Below, piece after piece: positions 8,224 through 16,631 of a stretch of DNA of 64,000 bases (position 1 is its first letter; the number at the start of each line of letters is the position of its first letter). The notes under the pieces were generated by a model that was given only the letters and a program-made list of their open reading frames with translations, was not told where the DNA came from and ran no database searches. Position numbers and translations under genes: made by a program. Source of the stretch: a virus. Location: IMG/VR virus record IMGVR_UViG_3300029959_001566. One strand, written 5' to 3'.

Positions 8224-8694
8224 TTAAGCTAAACCCCATCTTCCCAGGAAATCGAGTGACGCAGATTCTTTCTTTGCAAGTCTGTATACATCATAGATCG
8301 CGATAGCCGCTATTATATATACGCCCCATTCGCCCGCCAGGATTCCAATAATAAGAGCTATCAGAAAGACTATCAGCCCCCGTTTCAGTCGTTTTACATA
8401 CCAGTACCCTGCCGGTATGAGGATCAACGTCAACACGGCTGCTATGACAGGATTCCTCTCTTTGGTTGGTTCTATCGGCGGTGTATTATTCTCTTTGATT
8501 GGTGATACTGTGGATGACTGTATTAAGCCACATTTTGTGCAAATCTCGGCACCGGGACTTAATTCAGCACCGCAGTCTGAGCACGTTTTGCCTGCAATCG
8601 CCTCTTGTTCTGCCAGTGATATCCCTCCAAGACAGTAGATGCTTCTTAATGTAGATGAAAAGACTTTTGGTATCCAACAAATAGTTGAGTTCAA
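8224..8694 (-). CDS. Zn-ribbon + TM2-like membrane protein (true start probably downstream of 8694)
   Basis: CSDC/CTKC; NPVIAAVLTLILIPAGYWY pattern. Confidence 0.65.
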   Translation of the reverse strand: MNSTICWIPKVFSSTLRSIYCLGGISLAEQEAIAGKTCSDCGAELSPGAEICTKCGLIQSSTVSPIKENNTPPIEPTKERNPVIAAVLTLILIPAGYWYVKRLKRGLIVFLIALIIGILAGEWGVYIIAAIAIYDVYRLAKKESASLDFLGRWGLA

Positions 8695-8872
8695 CCATCA
8701 ACCTTTTTCTGGGGGTGATAGTCGGGAATCTTTTTTAGTATAATATCACTCTCATCTTCTCCTTCTCCCAACTAACCGTTATACCGAAACCTGGCAAAGT
8801 CCTGCCAGGACCGTACGGGAATTGAACCCTCAAAGAAAATCTGAAAATTAGTTGATAGTTGAACTCAACTAT
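8681..8872. repeat. 192-bp cassette bounded by 22-bp inverted repeats (cassette 1)
   Basis: 8681-8702 ATAGTTGAGTTCAACCATCAAC vs reverse complement of 8851-8872 ATAGTTGAGTTCAACTATCAAC: 21/22. Confidence 0.9.
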
Positions 8873-9288
8873 CTCAGGACCAGGATCTTTTGCCGTTTAT
8901 CTTTGTAGAATGGCTTCTGTTCTATATCCTGGGGCATGGAGTCAACCAACTTGGAGAAGGTTGGGGCATCCAGGTGCATCTTTTCCCTGGCAGTCTTGGA
9001 TAGAAGCTTACCATCATTCGCGGCTATCAGAGCCTTGAGAACATCGCCCCTATCCCTCTGCGCTGGCTGGGGGTCTGGCTGAAGCGTTATTTTCAGGGAT
9101 TTGATGAGCTTAAGCTGGATCTCATCCTGCTCAGAGAGATTAGTTATCTCTTTATCGAAGCCTTCGCGAAACATCCTCAACTCTTTAGATAGGTCATCGC
9201 ATCTCTCTCTGAGATTCGCCATCTCCTGAATCAGGGCAGCTATAGTCGGGTCCAGGATGATAATCTGGGATTGAGGAGATGCGCTCAT
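8869..9288 (-). CDS. Coiled-coil + winged-helix DNA-binding protein (P1)
   Basis: Heptad N-terminal half; LLSKTAREKMHLDAPTFSKLV HTH; wing ending KILVLR; stop codon lies inside the cassette 1 arm. Confidence 0.7.
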   Translation of the reverse strand: MSASPQSQIIILDPTIAALIQEMANLRERCDDLSKELRMFREGFDKEITNLSEQDEIQLKLIKSLKITLQPDPQPAQRDRGDVLKALIAANDGKLLSKTAREKMHLDAPTFSKLVDSMPQDIEQKPFYKDKRQKILVLR

Positions 9289-9399
9289 TCTGGTTCTCTC
9301 CTGAGATAGATAGCAAGGTTTATAGCTACGGCTAAGCTAGTATTTATGGACATTTGGTTCACATCCAGTGTCTAGAGCACCGTATTCGCAGTACGGCGT

Positions 9400-9591
9400 T
9401 CATGCAGAAACGAGAGCTTCAGCGCCCATCTGAGGGTTTAAAGCTGAACTCTCGCTTTTTGCACTAAATCCTCTTTTAATAGTAATCTCTACAAGGTCGC
9501 CCGGTTCGATTCCCATGGCGTCGCGTATGTGCTTGGGAATCATGACCCTACCTATATTATCGGTCTTCAGGGTCGTGGTAATCTCATGCAT
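9400..9591 (-). CDS. AbrB/MazE/SpoVT-family regulator
   Basis: GRVMIPKHIRDAMGIEPGDLVEI signature. Confidence 0.9.
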   Translation of the reverse strand: MHEITTTLKTDNIGRVMIPKHIRDAMGIEPGDLVEITIKRGFSAKSESSALNPQMGAEALVSA

Positions 9592-9599
9592 ACAACGTA

Positions 9600-9704
9600 C
9601 TTAACCCCCTATTCTATATAAGCATTTCCTACAGTTGACGTATGTAGGTAAAAGTTGCATTAGAAAGGGAGAAGATATAAATAGTAGGGAGTAGTAGTTA
9701 GTTT
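9600..9704. promoter_or_regulatory. Divergent promoter region with a putative operator
   Basis: TATA-like elements at 9614-9622 and 9674-9683; CCTACA-N9-TGTAGG at 9628-9648. Confidence 0.5.
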
Positions 9705-10091
9705 ATGCCAGACCCCAAAGGACCAACCGAACTCCCGGCCCCCAAAGCCGGGATCTTAAGCCCGACAGAAGTTCAGGAAATAATCAGCCTTAGAACAGGC
9801 GAGGATAGAATATTAATACCAAAATTACCGGGTCGGGTAATCTTGCCCAACCAGGAAGTAGCCCTGACTAGAAGCAGCGACACTGCGAGGTACTACGTCC
9901 AGACAAAGCAGCCAGACGGCTCCTGGTCATGCGCCTGCGAGGCAGGATCTCACGGCAAGCCCTGTCATCATGTCAAGAGCTTAGAGCGCTACCTCACCAG
10001 GCTGAGTTCAAATAGCCCTGTGCAGCACCTAGGCGAGAGCATGGAGACCTTTCAACGCCGCCAGAACGCAAGAACATCAGCGGAGGCCTGA
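9705..10091 (+). CDS. SWIM zinc-finger protein
   Basis: WSCACEAGSHGKPCHHV (CxC..CxH). Confidence 0.75.
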   Translation: MPDPKGPTELPAPKAGILSPTEVQEIISLRTGEDRILIPKLPGRVILPNQEVALTRSSDTARYYVQTKQPDGSWSCACEAGSHGKPCHHVKSLERYLTRLSSNSPVQHLGESMETFQRRQNARTSAEA

Positions 10092-10094
10092 GAT

Positions 10095-10235
10095 ATGAGG
10101 ATCTGTAAGAGATGTAAACAGTCTAAAGACGAAAAACATTTCGGCGGCCTCTTTGGGCACAATGGATACTGCAATGATTGTGTTCTGAAGGCATCGCTGA
10201 AGGATCTCCCTAAGATGGGTCAGGGGGTGCTCTAA
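10095..10235 (+). CDS. 46-aa Zn-finger peptide (not in ORF track)
   Basis: MRICKRCKQ...YCNDCV; fills the gap between the two SWIM genes. Confidence 0.6.
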   Translation: MRICKRCKQSKDEKHFGGLFGHNGYCNDCVLKASLKDLPKMGQGVL

Positions 10236-10238
10236 AGC

Positions 10239-10640
10239 ATGCCCATCCACAAATCACCCGCCAGCCTCGATGAAGGCATGGGCCGCATCCTGACACCTGA
10301 TCAGATCAGAGCCCTCTTCGAAGGCCAGGCTCCTGCCAAGCTCCCAGACGTCATCATGTACGGCGATGATAGGGCCCTGGTGCGCTCCATCGATCACAGC
10401 ATGTACTACAAGCTGGTCCTTGAGGGCGGCTACTGGTACTGTGGCTGCGAGGTGGGCCGGTTCTGCCTGCACACCGAGGCAGTCCAGACATCCTTAGCCA
10501 GCAAGCCACAAAGTCAGCTCACGAGGCAGCAGAGGCTTGCACAGGTGCAGAGAGACCACCACTGGAACACTTTGCACCAGGTCCAGAAGATATGTCAGCA
10601 CAGTGGGGCCGAGGAGCAGCCAGAGAAGGGAGAAGCATGA
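10239..10640 (+). CDS. SWIM-like zinc-finger protein, paralog-like to 9705
   Basis: WYCGCEVGRFCLH; N-terminal ILTP motif as in 9705 (ILSP). Confidence 0.65.
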   Translation: MPIHKSPASLDEGMGRILTPDQIRALFEGQAPAKLPDVIMYGDDRALVRSIDHSMYYKLVLEGGYWYCGCEVGRFCLHTEAVQTSLASKPQSQLTRQQRLAQVQRDHHWNTLHQVQKICQHSGAEEQPEKGEA

Positions 10641-10942
10641 GTCCCGACCCATGCTCGTCTTGTGCGATCGCTCGGGAGATGGGAGAACCCTGTGAACAGC
10701 GCGGTTCTCTAGACCGTGATTATGTGAGAATACCCCAATCCAAGCTCGGCACTGAGCCCAACCCATGGGCGGGGCAGAAGGTCCATCTCTGCCTCAAGTC
10801 CGGCGGCATGATCTATGAAGGCAAGATGAAGACCGCAGAGTTCCAGGCCGAGATCATAGGCGTGGACAGGCACGGGGTATTCCTGAAGGGGGGGACGTTC
10901 ACTACCTTCTCGAATATCAATAGTATCAGCCCCGTAAAATAA
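10637..10942 (+). CDS. Hypothetical protein
   Basis: ATGA overlap with the upstream gene. Confidence 0.55.
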   Translation: MSPDPCSSCAIAREMGEPCEQRGSLDRDYVRIPQSKLGTEPNPWAGQKVHLCLKSGGMIYEGKMKTAEFQAEIIGVDRHGVFLKGGTFTTFSNINSISPVK

Positions 10943-11074
10943 CAATCACCAAGCGGCCTGGCTGGTTTCAATGTGTTGTAAAAGGCCACAAGGTACAACC
11001 CAACTGGCCCGGCCTCACGCGGCCCTCAACTACTCCCGCATTCCCCCGAATGTTGTAGGTGAGGACCTATCCCT

Positions 11075-11135
11075 GCTCAGATTGGATGCATCTCTCGAGA
11101 GGTGAGGTGCCAGTCGTTCGATTCGACTGCTGAGC
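11075..11135 (+). ncRNA. 61-nt tRNA-like t-element (6-bp acceptor-like stem + 6-bp T-arm, no D stem)
   Basis: GCTCAG/CTGAGC stacked on CAGTCG-TTCGATT-CGACTG; internal GCATCTC/GAGGTGC stem; TGG linker. Confidence 0.55.
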
Positions 11136-11138
11136 TTT

Positions 11139-11729
11139 ATGAATGAAAATATTGACGGATGCTCAGGCAACTGCCATGCAGCAGATTGCCATAATTGCCC
11201 ATCGGAACCGACCAACCAAGCCAACGCAGACCAGAAGCCCGCAGAAGAAAGTAATCTGAACGCATCAGTCGATCGATCAGAGAAGATGGCCAGGGCAAAA
11301 GGCCACGAGGCCTCCATATCAAACATGCTCAGGGAATGTGAATTGCACGGCTGCACTGTACCAAAGACCATCCAGCCCAGTCTCGCCATCCGCCTGCAGG
11401 CAGCAACCACGCATCTGATCCGTGCAAGAGAGGAGCTCTTCAATCGCACTGAAGAAGAACTCCAGGCCCGGGACGCCCTGAAATCTGAAGAGGCCGGGCT
11501 CCTTCTATCAGGAGAAATCAATGGCAAGAATGAGAAAGAGCGCGATGCACAGCTCAAGGCCCGGACCGCAGAGCAGAGAAAGGTCCTGACAGACGCAGAG
11601 GCAGACGTGCGCGCCCCCAAGCTCTGGTTAGAGATCTGCCAGGACAAGAGGACCTTGCTCCGAGATCTGCTGAGGTGTGAAGAGCTTGAGCAGCGGCAGA
11701 TAGAGTTCGACTGCACAAGGGATATCTGA
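11139..11729 (+). CDS. Coiled-coil protein
   Basis: Long amphipathic helices. Confidence 0.7.
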   Translation: MNENIDGCSGNCHAADCHNCPSEPTNQANADQKPAEESNLNASVDRSEKMARAKGHEASISNMLRECELHGCTVPKTIQPSLAIRLQAATTHLIRAREELFNRTEEELQARDALKSEEAGLLLSGEINGKNEKERDAQLKARTAEQRKVLTDAEADVRAPKLWLEICQDKRTLLRDLLRCEELEQRQIEFDCTRDI

Positions 11730-12046
11730 GCGCGAGGCCTCCAATCGTCAAACAGCGAATTAAGCTATAAAAAGATTTGAAACTGTTTCCGCAGGCAGTG
11801 AAGGCAAATACGACACATTACTTTCACCCTGCCTGCACAGACATGGCAAATAGAGGAAGATCTGAGATGTTAACCCCTTGCATAGCAAGGTATATGTCGA
11901 AGGATAGGAATGGACAGCTAAAGCTAGAAATAGAAGAGCCAGGGCAGACCCCTCGATGTTTACCAGACCCCGAGGATCAACCCAGGCAGCATAAATTGCG
12001 CGGCATGACTTAATGAGTCTTTCGACTCTCACGAGTCTCAAGAGTC

Positions 12047-12358
12047 TTGTGCCCCATGCTGCCTGTCCCGCTCTTCAGGACGTGGGACATGCTAGATGAC
12101 ATAGACAAGGAATTATTGGAGCGCTGCAAGTTGAATCCAGGCAGCACTCCCAAGGAAATAATAAAGCCGCTTTTAAATATCAGGGACAATAAAACCCTCC
12201 GCGCCAGACTGAACGATCTGGAGTGTCAGGGACTGCTCAGGCTGGACAGGACAAAATTCCGCGGCAGGGTTCTCTGCTACATCACAGAAGCGGGAGAAAA
12301 GGCACTAGGACATGCTGGGAATCAATCCCCTGAAGGAGGCGATTCCCGTGGCCTCTAG
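12047..12358 (+). CDS. Winged-helix (MarR/ArsR-like) protein (start maybe 12089)
   Basis: DDIDKELLE..TLRARLNDLECQGLL..CYITEAG. Confidence 0.75.
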   Translation: MCPMLPVPLFRTWDMLDDIDKELLERCKLNPGSTPKEIIKPLLNIRDNKTLRARLNDLECQGLLRLDRTKFRGRVLCYITEAGEKALGHAGNQSPEGGDSRGL

Positions 12359-12644
12359 GATTGAAGTTCTAAATATACCTTCCGTCGCCCCTGGAAATCC
12401 CTCAACCCGTCTCGCCAGCTGTGAGCACATCTCGGGCGATCTGCTCAGAGTAGGTGACTCAGTAGACGGCGAGATACAGGCCAGGCTCAGGGCCCCGTGC
12501 CCACACTGTGGCAGTGTGGTAGAGGTCGACCTGCTCCTACCAGAGGACCTGCGAGAGAGGCTCATGCCCCTCATAGGCGAGCAGATCGGCATCATGCGAC
12601 TGGATGATGACTATCTCGTGAGGGTTTCCCATGCCCCAGCCTGA
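12312..12644 (+). CDS. Hypothetical Zn-ribbon protein
   Basis: CPHC motif; operon packing. Confidence 0.55.
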   Translation: MLGINPLKEAIPVASRIEVLNIPSVAPGNPSTRLASCEHISGDLLRVGDSVDGEIQARLRAPCPHCGSVVEVDLLLPEDLRERLMPLIGEQIGIMRLDDDYLVRVSHAPA

Positions 12645-12825
12645 AATAAGTGATCTCCTGGCTAAGAATCCAGACCTCGGAACTGAGGAGATCGCCAGGA
12701 GGCTCGATGCTAACCCCAGAACTATCCTAAAAGAGCTGGGGCGGCTGAAAAATAAGCAGATTGTTACATACGAGCGCTTGCCTAACCACATGTGCGTCTG
12801 GCGACTTCTGCCAGGGGGCTACTAA
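12631..12825 (+). CDS. Small winged-helix protein
   Basis: GTEEIARRLDANPRTILKELGRL. Confidence 0.75.
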   Translation: MPQPEISDLLAKNPDLGTEEIARRLDANPRTILKELGRLKNKQIVTYERLPNHMCVWRLLPGGY

Positions 12826-12952
12826 TGCTCACAGATCAGGAGCTGGCCCAATACGCCGCAATGAGTGCCTACTATGACAAGCACGTTGCACCACTCTTAG
12901 AGCAGATCGCAGACCTCAAAGCAGAGCGCGCAAGGCTCAGGAGGCAACTGCT

Positions 12953-13240
12953 ATGAGACGCGCACTGAACGCCTGCGCCGCGCAGCAGGTCTTAAAAGGC
13001 CTTCACTTCGAGGGGAGGGTCCAAAAAGTGACAGGCATAGGCGACGTCTGCCTTGAGGATATCAAGCTGCCTGTAGGCGATGAGCCATATGCATGGATCA
13101 ATAGGCGAGAGTGGCATGGTCCTTTACCCCATGCAGGCGATGCGGTTTCAGGAGTGGCTGATATCGCAGGCTATACCAGGCTCAACGGCAGCTGCGATCT
13201 GAGTCTCGGGAACGCCAGGATGCTGCAGGTGACGCTATGA
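12953..13240 (+). CDS. Hypothetical protein
   Basis: ATGA overlaps on both sides. Confidence 0.6.
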   Translation: MRRALNACAAQQVLKGLHFEGRVQKVTGIGDVCLEDIKLPVGDEPYAWINRREWHGPLPHAGDAVSGVADIAGYTRLNGSCDLSLGNARMLQVTL

Positions 13241-14472
13241 CCTCACCTAAAACTCTCCAGATCCTCAAAATCCTTTTCGGAGATACGATCTCTCTGCAGG
13301 AGTTTGGCCGTGTGCAGGATGCTGCTGAAGAGATTGATGATATAGTACTCAGGATCGAAAGCGACCAGGACCCCGATACAGGATTTCTCTTACCGAAAGG
13401 CTGTAGATCGCTTCCTGGAACCAAGATCTCAGCTCGGAAGTTCGATGAGAAGATCAGCAAGCTCTTCCATATGAACTACACAGATCGCCAAATTTCAGAA
13501 GCACTGGCAAAAGAGAACATCTACAGATCACCATCCACAGTCAAAGAGCATCGTACTCATATGGGACTCCTGCGAGGCCAGGGTCCTGGATGGAGTAAGA
13601 AAGACGTAGATCCTGCTCTCGTGATAGAGCTGAAGGACTCCGGGCTGTCATGGCCTGGGGTTAAGGCTGAGGTCCTCAAGAGGACAGGAATCGAGATCTC
13701 AGCATCTGCTCTGCAGGATCGGTATTATGGTGCCAAAGATGAAGCTGAAGTTGTTCAGGAGTCTGCTGCAGAGGAAGTCCCCTCAGCAGGGCTGCGCAGC
13801 GCTGCACAGAATAACGACAGCAATATAATTTGCCATCCGGCGCCGGATCTCTCAGACGCAATGGTGCGCAACGTTGCAGAGGCGGACCAGTCCGGACCTG
13901 TCCGGCCGACTCATGAACCTTCATCGAATCCAGATACTCTTCCAGAGCCCGAACATCCATATGAGCACTCTCAGCCCGCCACCATCTGCTACAAAGGCCC
14001 AAGCATCTCAATGTCTCCTGAAGAGGCCGGCCAGATAGCCAAGGGGAGCCCGCTGGCGGAAGATATCAGGACCAAGGCCCTGGACCTGGTAGATTCCGGC
14101 AAGACCTGCAAAGAAGCTGCTCAAATGATCGGGGTCGAGATGACTCTGGCAAGGTCCTGGGTTGGAAATCGAAAAGCTCAGGAAGCGTTCGCCAGAAAGA
14201 GGGCAGCCAGGGCAGAAGAGCCCTTGATAGCCCCAGAAGTTAAGCCAGATCCCATCCAGTACGCAGCTCCAAAGCCAGCTCCCGCAGAGGAAAAGCCCGC
14301 ACTTCAGGATGATGAGATTGATGACCTGATCTGGGATTTCATGGAGAAGGGCTGCAAGTCATTCATGCAGGCCCGGCTAGGTCTGAAAGCCAGGGGTGTT
14401 GGCATGTCAGTGGGCGATATCGCTGACAGATATGACGCCATGAAGGCTGAGAAGGGGGCTGAGGAAGAATGA
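13237..14472 (+). CDS. Multi-HTH protein with Pro/Glu-rich linkers
   Basis: YTDRQISEAL, GLSWPGVK, GKTCKEAAQMIGV HTH-like blocks. Confidence 0.6.
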   Translation: MTSPKTLQILKILFGDTISLQEFGRVQDAAEEIDDIVLRIESDQDPDTGFLLPKGCRSLPGTKISARKFDEKISKLFHMNYTDRQISEALAKENIYRSPSTVKEHRTHMGLLRGQGPGWSKKDVDPALVIELKDSGLSWPGVKAEVLKRTGIEISASALQDRYYGAKDEAEVVQESAAEEVPSAGLRSAAQNNDSNIICHPAPDLSDAMVRNVAEADQSGPVRPTHEPSSNPDTLPEPEHPYEHSQPATICYKGPSISMSPEEAGQIAKGSPLAEDIRTKALDLVDSGKTCKEAAQMIGVEMTLARSWVGNRKAQEAFARKRAARAEEPLIAPEVKPDPIQYAAPKPAPAEEKPALQDDEIDDLIWDFMEKGCKSFMQARLGLKARGVGMSVGDIADRYDAMKAEKGAEEE

Positions 14473-14786
14473 GCATTTGGAGGCCAGGCGCTTTGCGGAT
14501 GCTCGACCCCGCAGATCTCCAGGAGCAGCTCAGATCGGGCTTTACACAGCATCTCAATAAAGCGGCCCAGGATGTCTGGGCAGCCCTCGAAGCCGAGCCG
14601 CAGTCGATCGAGAAAATAATGGGTGCATCCGGTCGGAGCGATCACTCAGTCCGGCTTGCCCTTACAGAGTTTACAGCAAGCGGACTGGCGGAGAAAGTCA
14701 ATATTTACCCATCATCGAAGCGCCATGGATCGCATGCGATAGATTGGCGGATGGTTGAAAGAGTGGGTTGGAGGCGGGCCGTATGA
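14469..14786 (+). CDS. Winged-helix protein
   Basis: QSIEKIMGASGRSDHSVRLALTEFTASGLAEK. Confidence 0.6.
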   Translation: MSIWRPGALRMLDPADLQEQLRSGFTQHLNKAAQDVWAALEAEPQSIEKIMGASGRSDHSVRLALTEFTASGLAEKVNIYPSSKRHGSHAIDWRMVERVGWRRAV

Positions 14787-15067
14787 CCTCCAAGTCCACG
14801 GGTCACAAAGTCCGAAAGGAAGTCGAGGCCGACTGCCAGCAGATCATCAGACTCCTCGAAAAAGGCCCGGCTGATAAATTCGATATCGAGCTTGAGTGCC
14901 ATCTATCAGGAGATACCAGGCTGTGCAGGATCAGGCTGCTGCAGGGCAAGGGTATCGTCGAAGAGGTCAAAAAGCGCAGAATCTGCGGAGGCAGGGCGAT
15001 AGATGCGCCAACGGGTCGGTACAGGCTGACTGAGGTATATCTGAAACAGGAGGCTGCAAAGGCATGA
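14783..15067 (+). CDS. Winged-helix protein
   Basis: IIRLLEKGP..RLLQGKGIVE..RYRLT. Confidence 0.6.
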   Translation: MTSKSTGHKVRKEVEADCQQIIRLLEKGPADKFDIELECHLSGDTRLCRIRLLQGKGIVEEVKKRRICGGRAIDAPTGRYRLTEVYLKQEAAKA

Positions 15068-15402
15068 CGGCTGAAGTCGAACTGCAGCTCTCAAACGGCT
15101 ATATCACTGTCATAGATGCCGCAGACCTGGAGACAGTCCGCTGCTGGCACTGGCACGCGAGGCTTTGCAGGCCTGCACTGCTGTACGCAGCCCGGACCAC
15201 ATCCAAGAGGGCAAACGGTAGCCGGAAAGTTCTCAATATCTACCTTCACCGCTTCCTCATGAACGCGCCTGCAGGTATGGAAGTGCATCATGAAAATGGC
15301 GATACACTTGATAACAGGCGAGAGAAAAATCTGAGACTGGTAACGCCAGATGAGCACCAGGCATTGCGATTGAAGAGACATTCAAATGAGGCTGCCTTAT
15401 GA
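15064..15402 (+). CDS. HNH endonuclease
   Basis: YLHRFLMNAPAGMEVHHENGDTLDNRREKNL. Confidence 0.85.
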   Translation: MTAEVELQLSNGYITVIDAADLETVRCWHWHARLCRPALLYAARTTSKRANGSRKVLNIYLHRFLMNAPAGMEVHHENGDTLDNRREKNLRLVTPDEHQALRLKRHSNEAAL

Positions 15403-15749
15403 GCCCCAGTCTCATCGATCTGGCCAGAAAGGAGCGAGAAGACAAAGCACAGCTCCAGATCCTGTCCGAGGGCTTCTGGAGCCTGGCAAGGCAGAATATC
15501 CGGGCGCAGAAAGACAAGCTCTCTGGGTACCAGGGCTTCGAGCTGGATCTGGCAAAGGATAGCATAGCCAACGATCGCAAAGCCTATGCAGCCGCCTCCA
15601 TGCTCCGCACCAGGAAGATAGCAGCAAAGGCGGTGCTCAATGCCTATGGGGGCAAGGCAGCGCCAGAGCTGTATGAACATGAAGCAGAGCTCTATCAGGC
15701 CGTGCTCGAAGCGGTGAAGGCTGCCAGAAGCGCCACAGGAGGGATCTGA
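15399..15749 (+). CDS. Hypothetical helical protein
   Basis: ATGA overlap, operon packing. Confidence 0.6.
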   Translation: MSPSLIDLARKEREDKAQLQILSEGFWSLARQNIRAQKDKLSGYQGFELDLAKDSIANDRKAYAAASMLRTRKIAAKAVLNAYGGKAAPELYEHEAELYQAVLEAVKAARSATGGI

Positions 15750-15915
15750 TGTCAGGAACTGAATATACCGGCATCCTGGCCCCTTCGTTCATCATCATGG
15801 GCAAACTCTGCCTGAGTGCCGATCTATCCGGGGTGTTCGACTCCGGGAGCATCAATGCGCTGATGACTGAGCTAAAAGGCCAGAAGGTCAAAATCAGCAT
15901 AGAGGCGGTGCCCTA

Positions 15916-16185
15916 ATGCCCATAACCCCATGGTCGACCAACCAGGCACTAGCAGCCAAGGGCATCATAGGCGATGTGGCTCTCTTTCCAAACCATCCTT
16001 TCACCATGGACGAAGTTTTTCCAGAAACGCCGAAGTCTGCACGCGGCGCCATGGCCACATTCCTAAAAGCAAAGGTACTCATTTCGCAAGCAGGACGAAG
16101 AGAGATTCGGCATGATTGGATCGTCACTCTCTGGAAGACGACTGAAGATCATAAGAGGTGGCTGAGCTGGAGGGCCAGAGCTTGA
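15916..16185 (+). CDS. Probable winged-helix protein
   Basis: FTMDEVF..MATFLKAKVL..TLWK. Confidence 0.5.
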   Translation: MPITPWSTNQALAAKGIIGDVALFPNHPFTMDEVFPETPKSARGAMATFLKAKVLISQAGRREIRHDWIVTLWKTTEDHKRWLSWRARA

Positions 16186-16234
16186 CGGCAGACAGTGAAA
16201 GCCCTTTGGAGAGATCCAGCAGCTCAGAGGGGAG

Positions 16235-16630
16235 GTGCTGAGATTGGCGGCAGAGGTGCAGCAGCTCAGGGCAGACCTGGCAGCACAGAGCGAACGCGCT
16301 AGGCTGCTGAGTGGCAAGATGATAGACTCCGAGATGACCCAGGACGATATGGTAGCCTCTCTCAACAGGCTTGAGAGGGCCGCCAAAGACGCAGCGCCCA
16401 TAACAGAGTCATCAAAGGCACGGCTCGATCAGTTAGCATCTGAACTGGAAAAGCGCGGCAAGCGAGGCCAAAAGGGCGTCACCTATGCAGAGGCGGGAAA
16501 GATCCTGGGGCTGAGCAAATCAATGATCTGCAGGCTGAGAGGTCAGATTGGCTCCGACCCCAGATTCAATATCAGGTGGCACCCGGTCAAGAAGAATAAG
16601 AAAATCATCTCCTTAAAGAAACTGAGGTGA
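16235..16630 (+). CDS. Coiled-coil + winged-helix DNA-binding protein (P2); 5' end possibly frameshifted
   Basis: Heptads, then VTYAEAGKILGLSKSMICRL HTH; wing ending KIISLKKLR; stop codon abuts cassette 2. Confidence 0.75.
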   Translation: MLRLAAEVQQLRADLAAQSERARLLSGKMIDSEMTQDDMVASLNRLERAAKDAAPITESSKARLDQLASELEKRGKRGQKGVTYAEAGKILGLSKSMICRLRGQIGSDPRFNIRWHPVKKNKKIISLKKLR

Positions 16631-16631
16631 A

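Noticed and set aside
9347-9374. Minihelix-like hairpin with TTCACAT loop
   Set aside because: The loop lacks the conserved A58 equivalent; treated as an ordinary hairpin.
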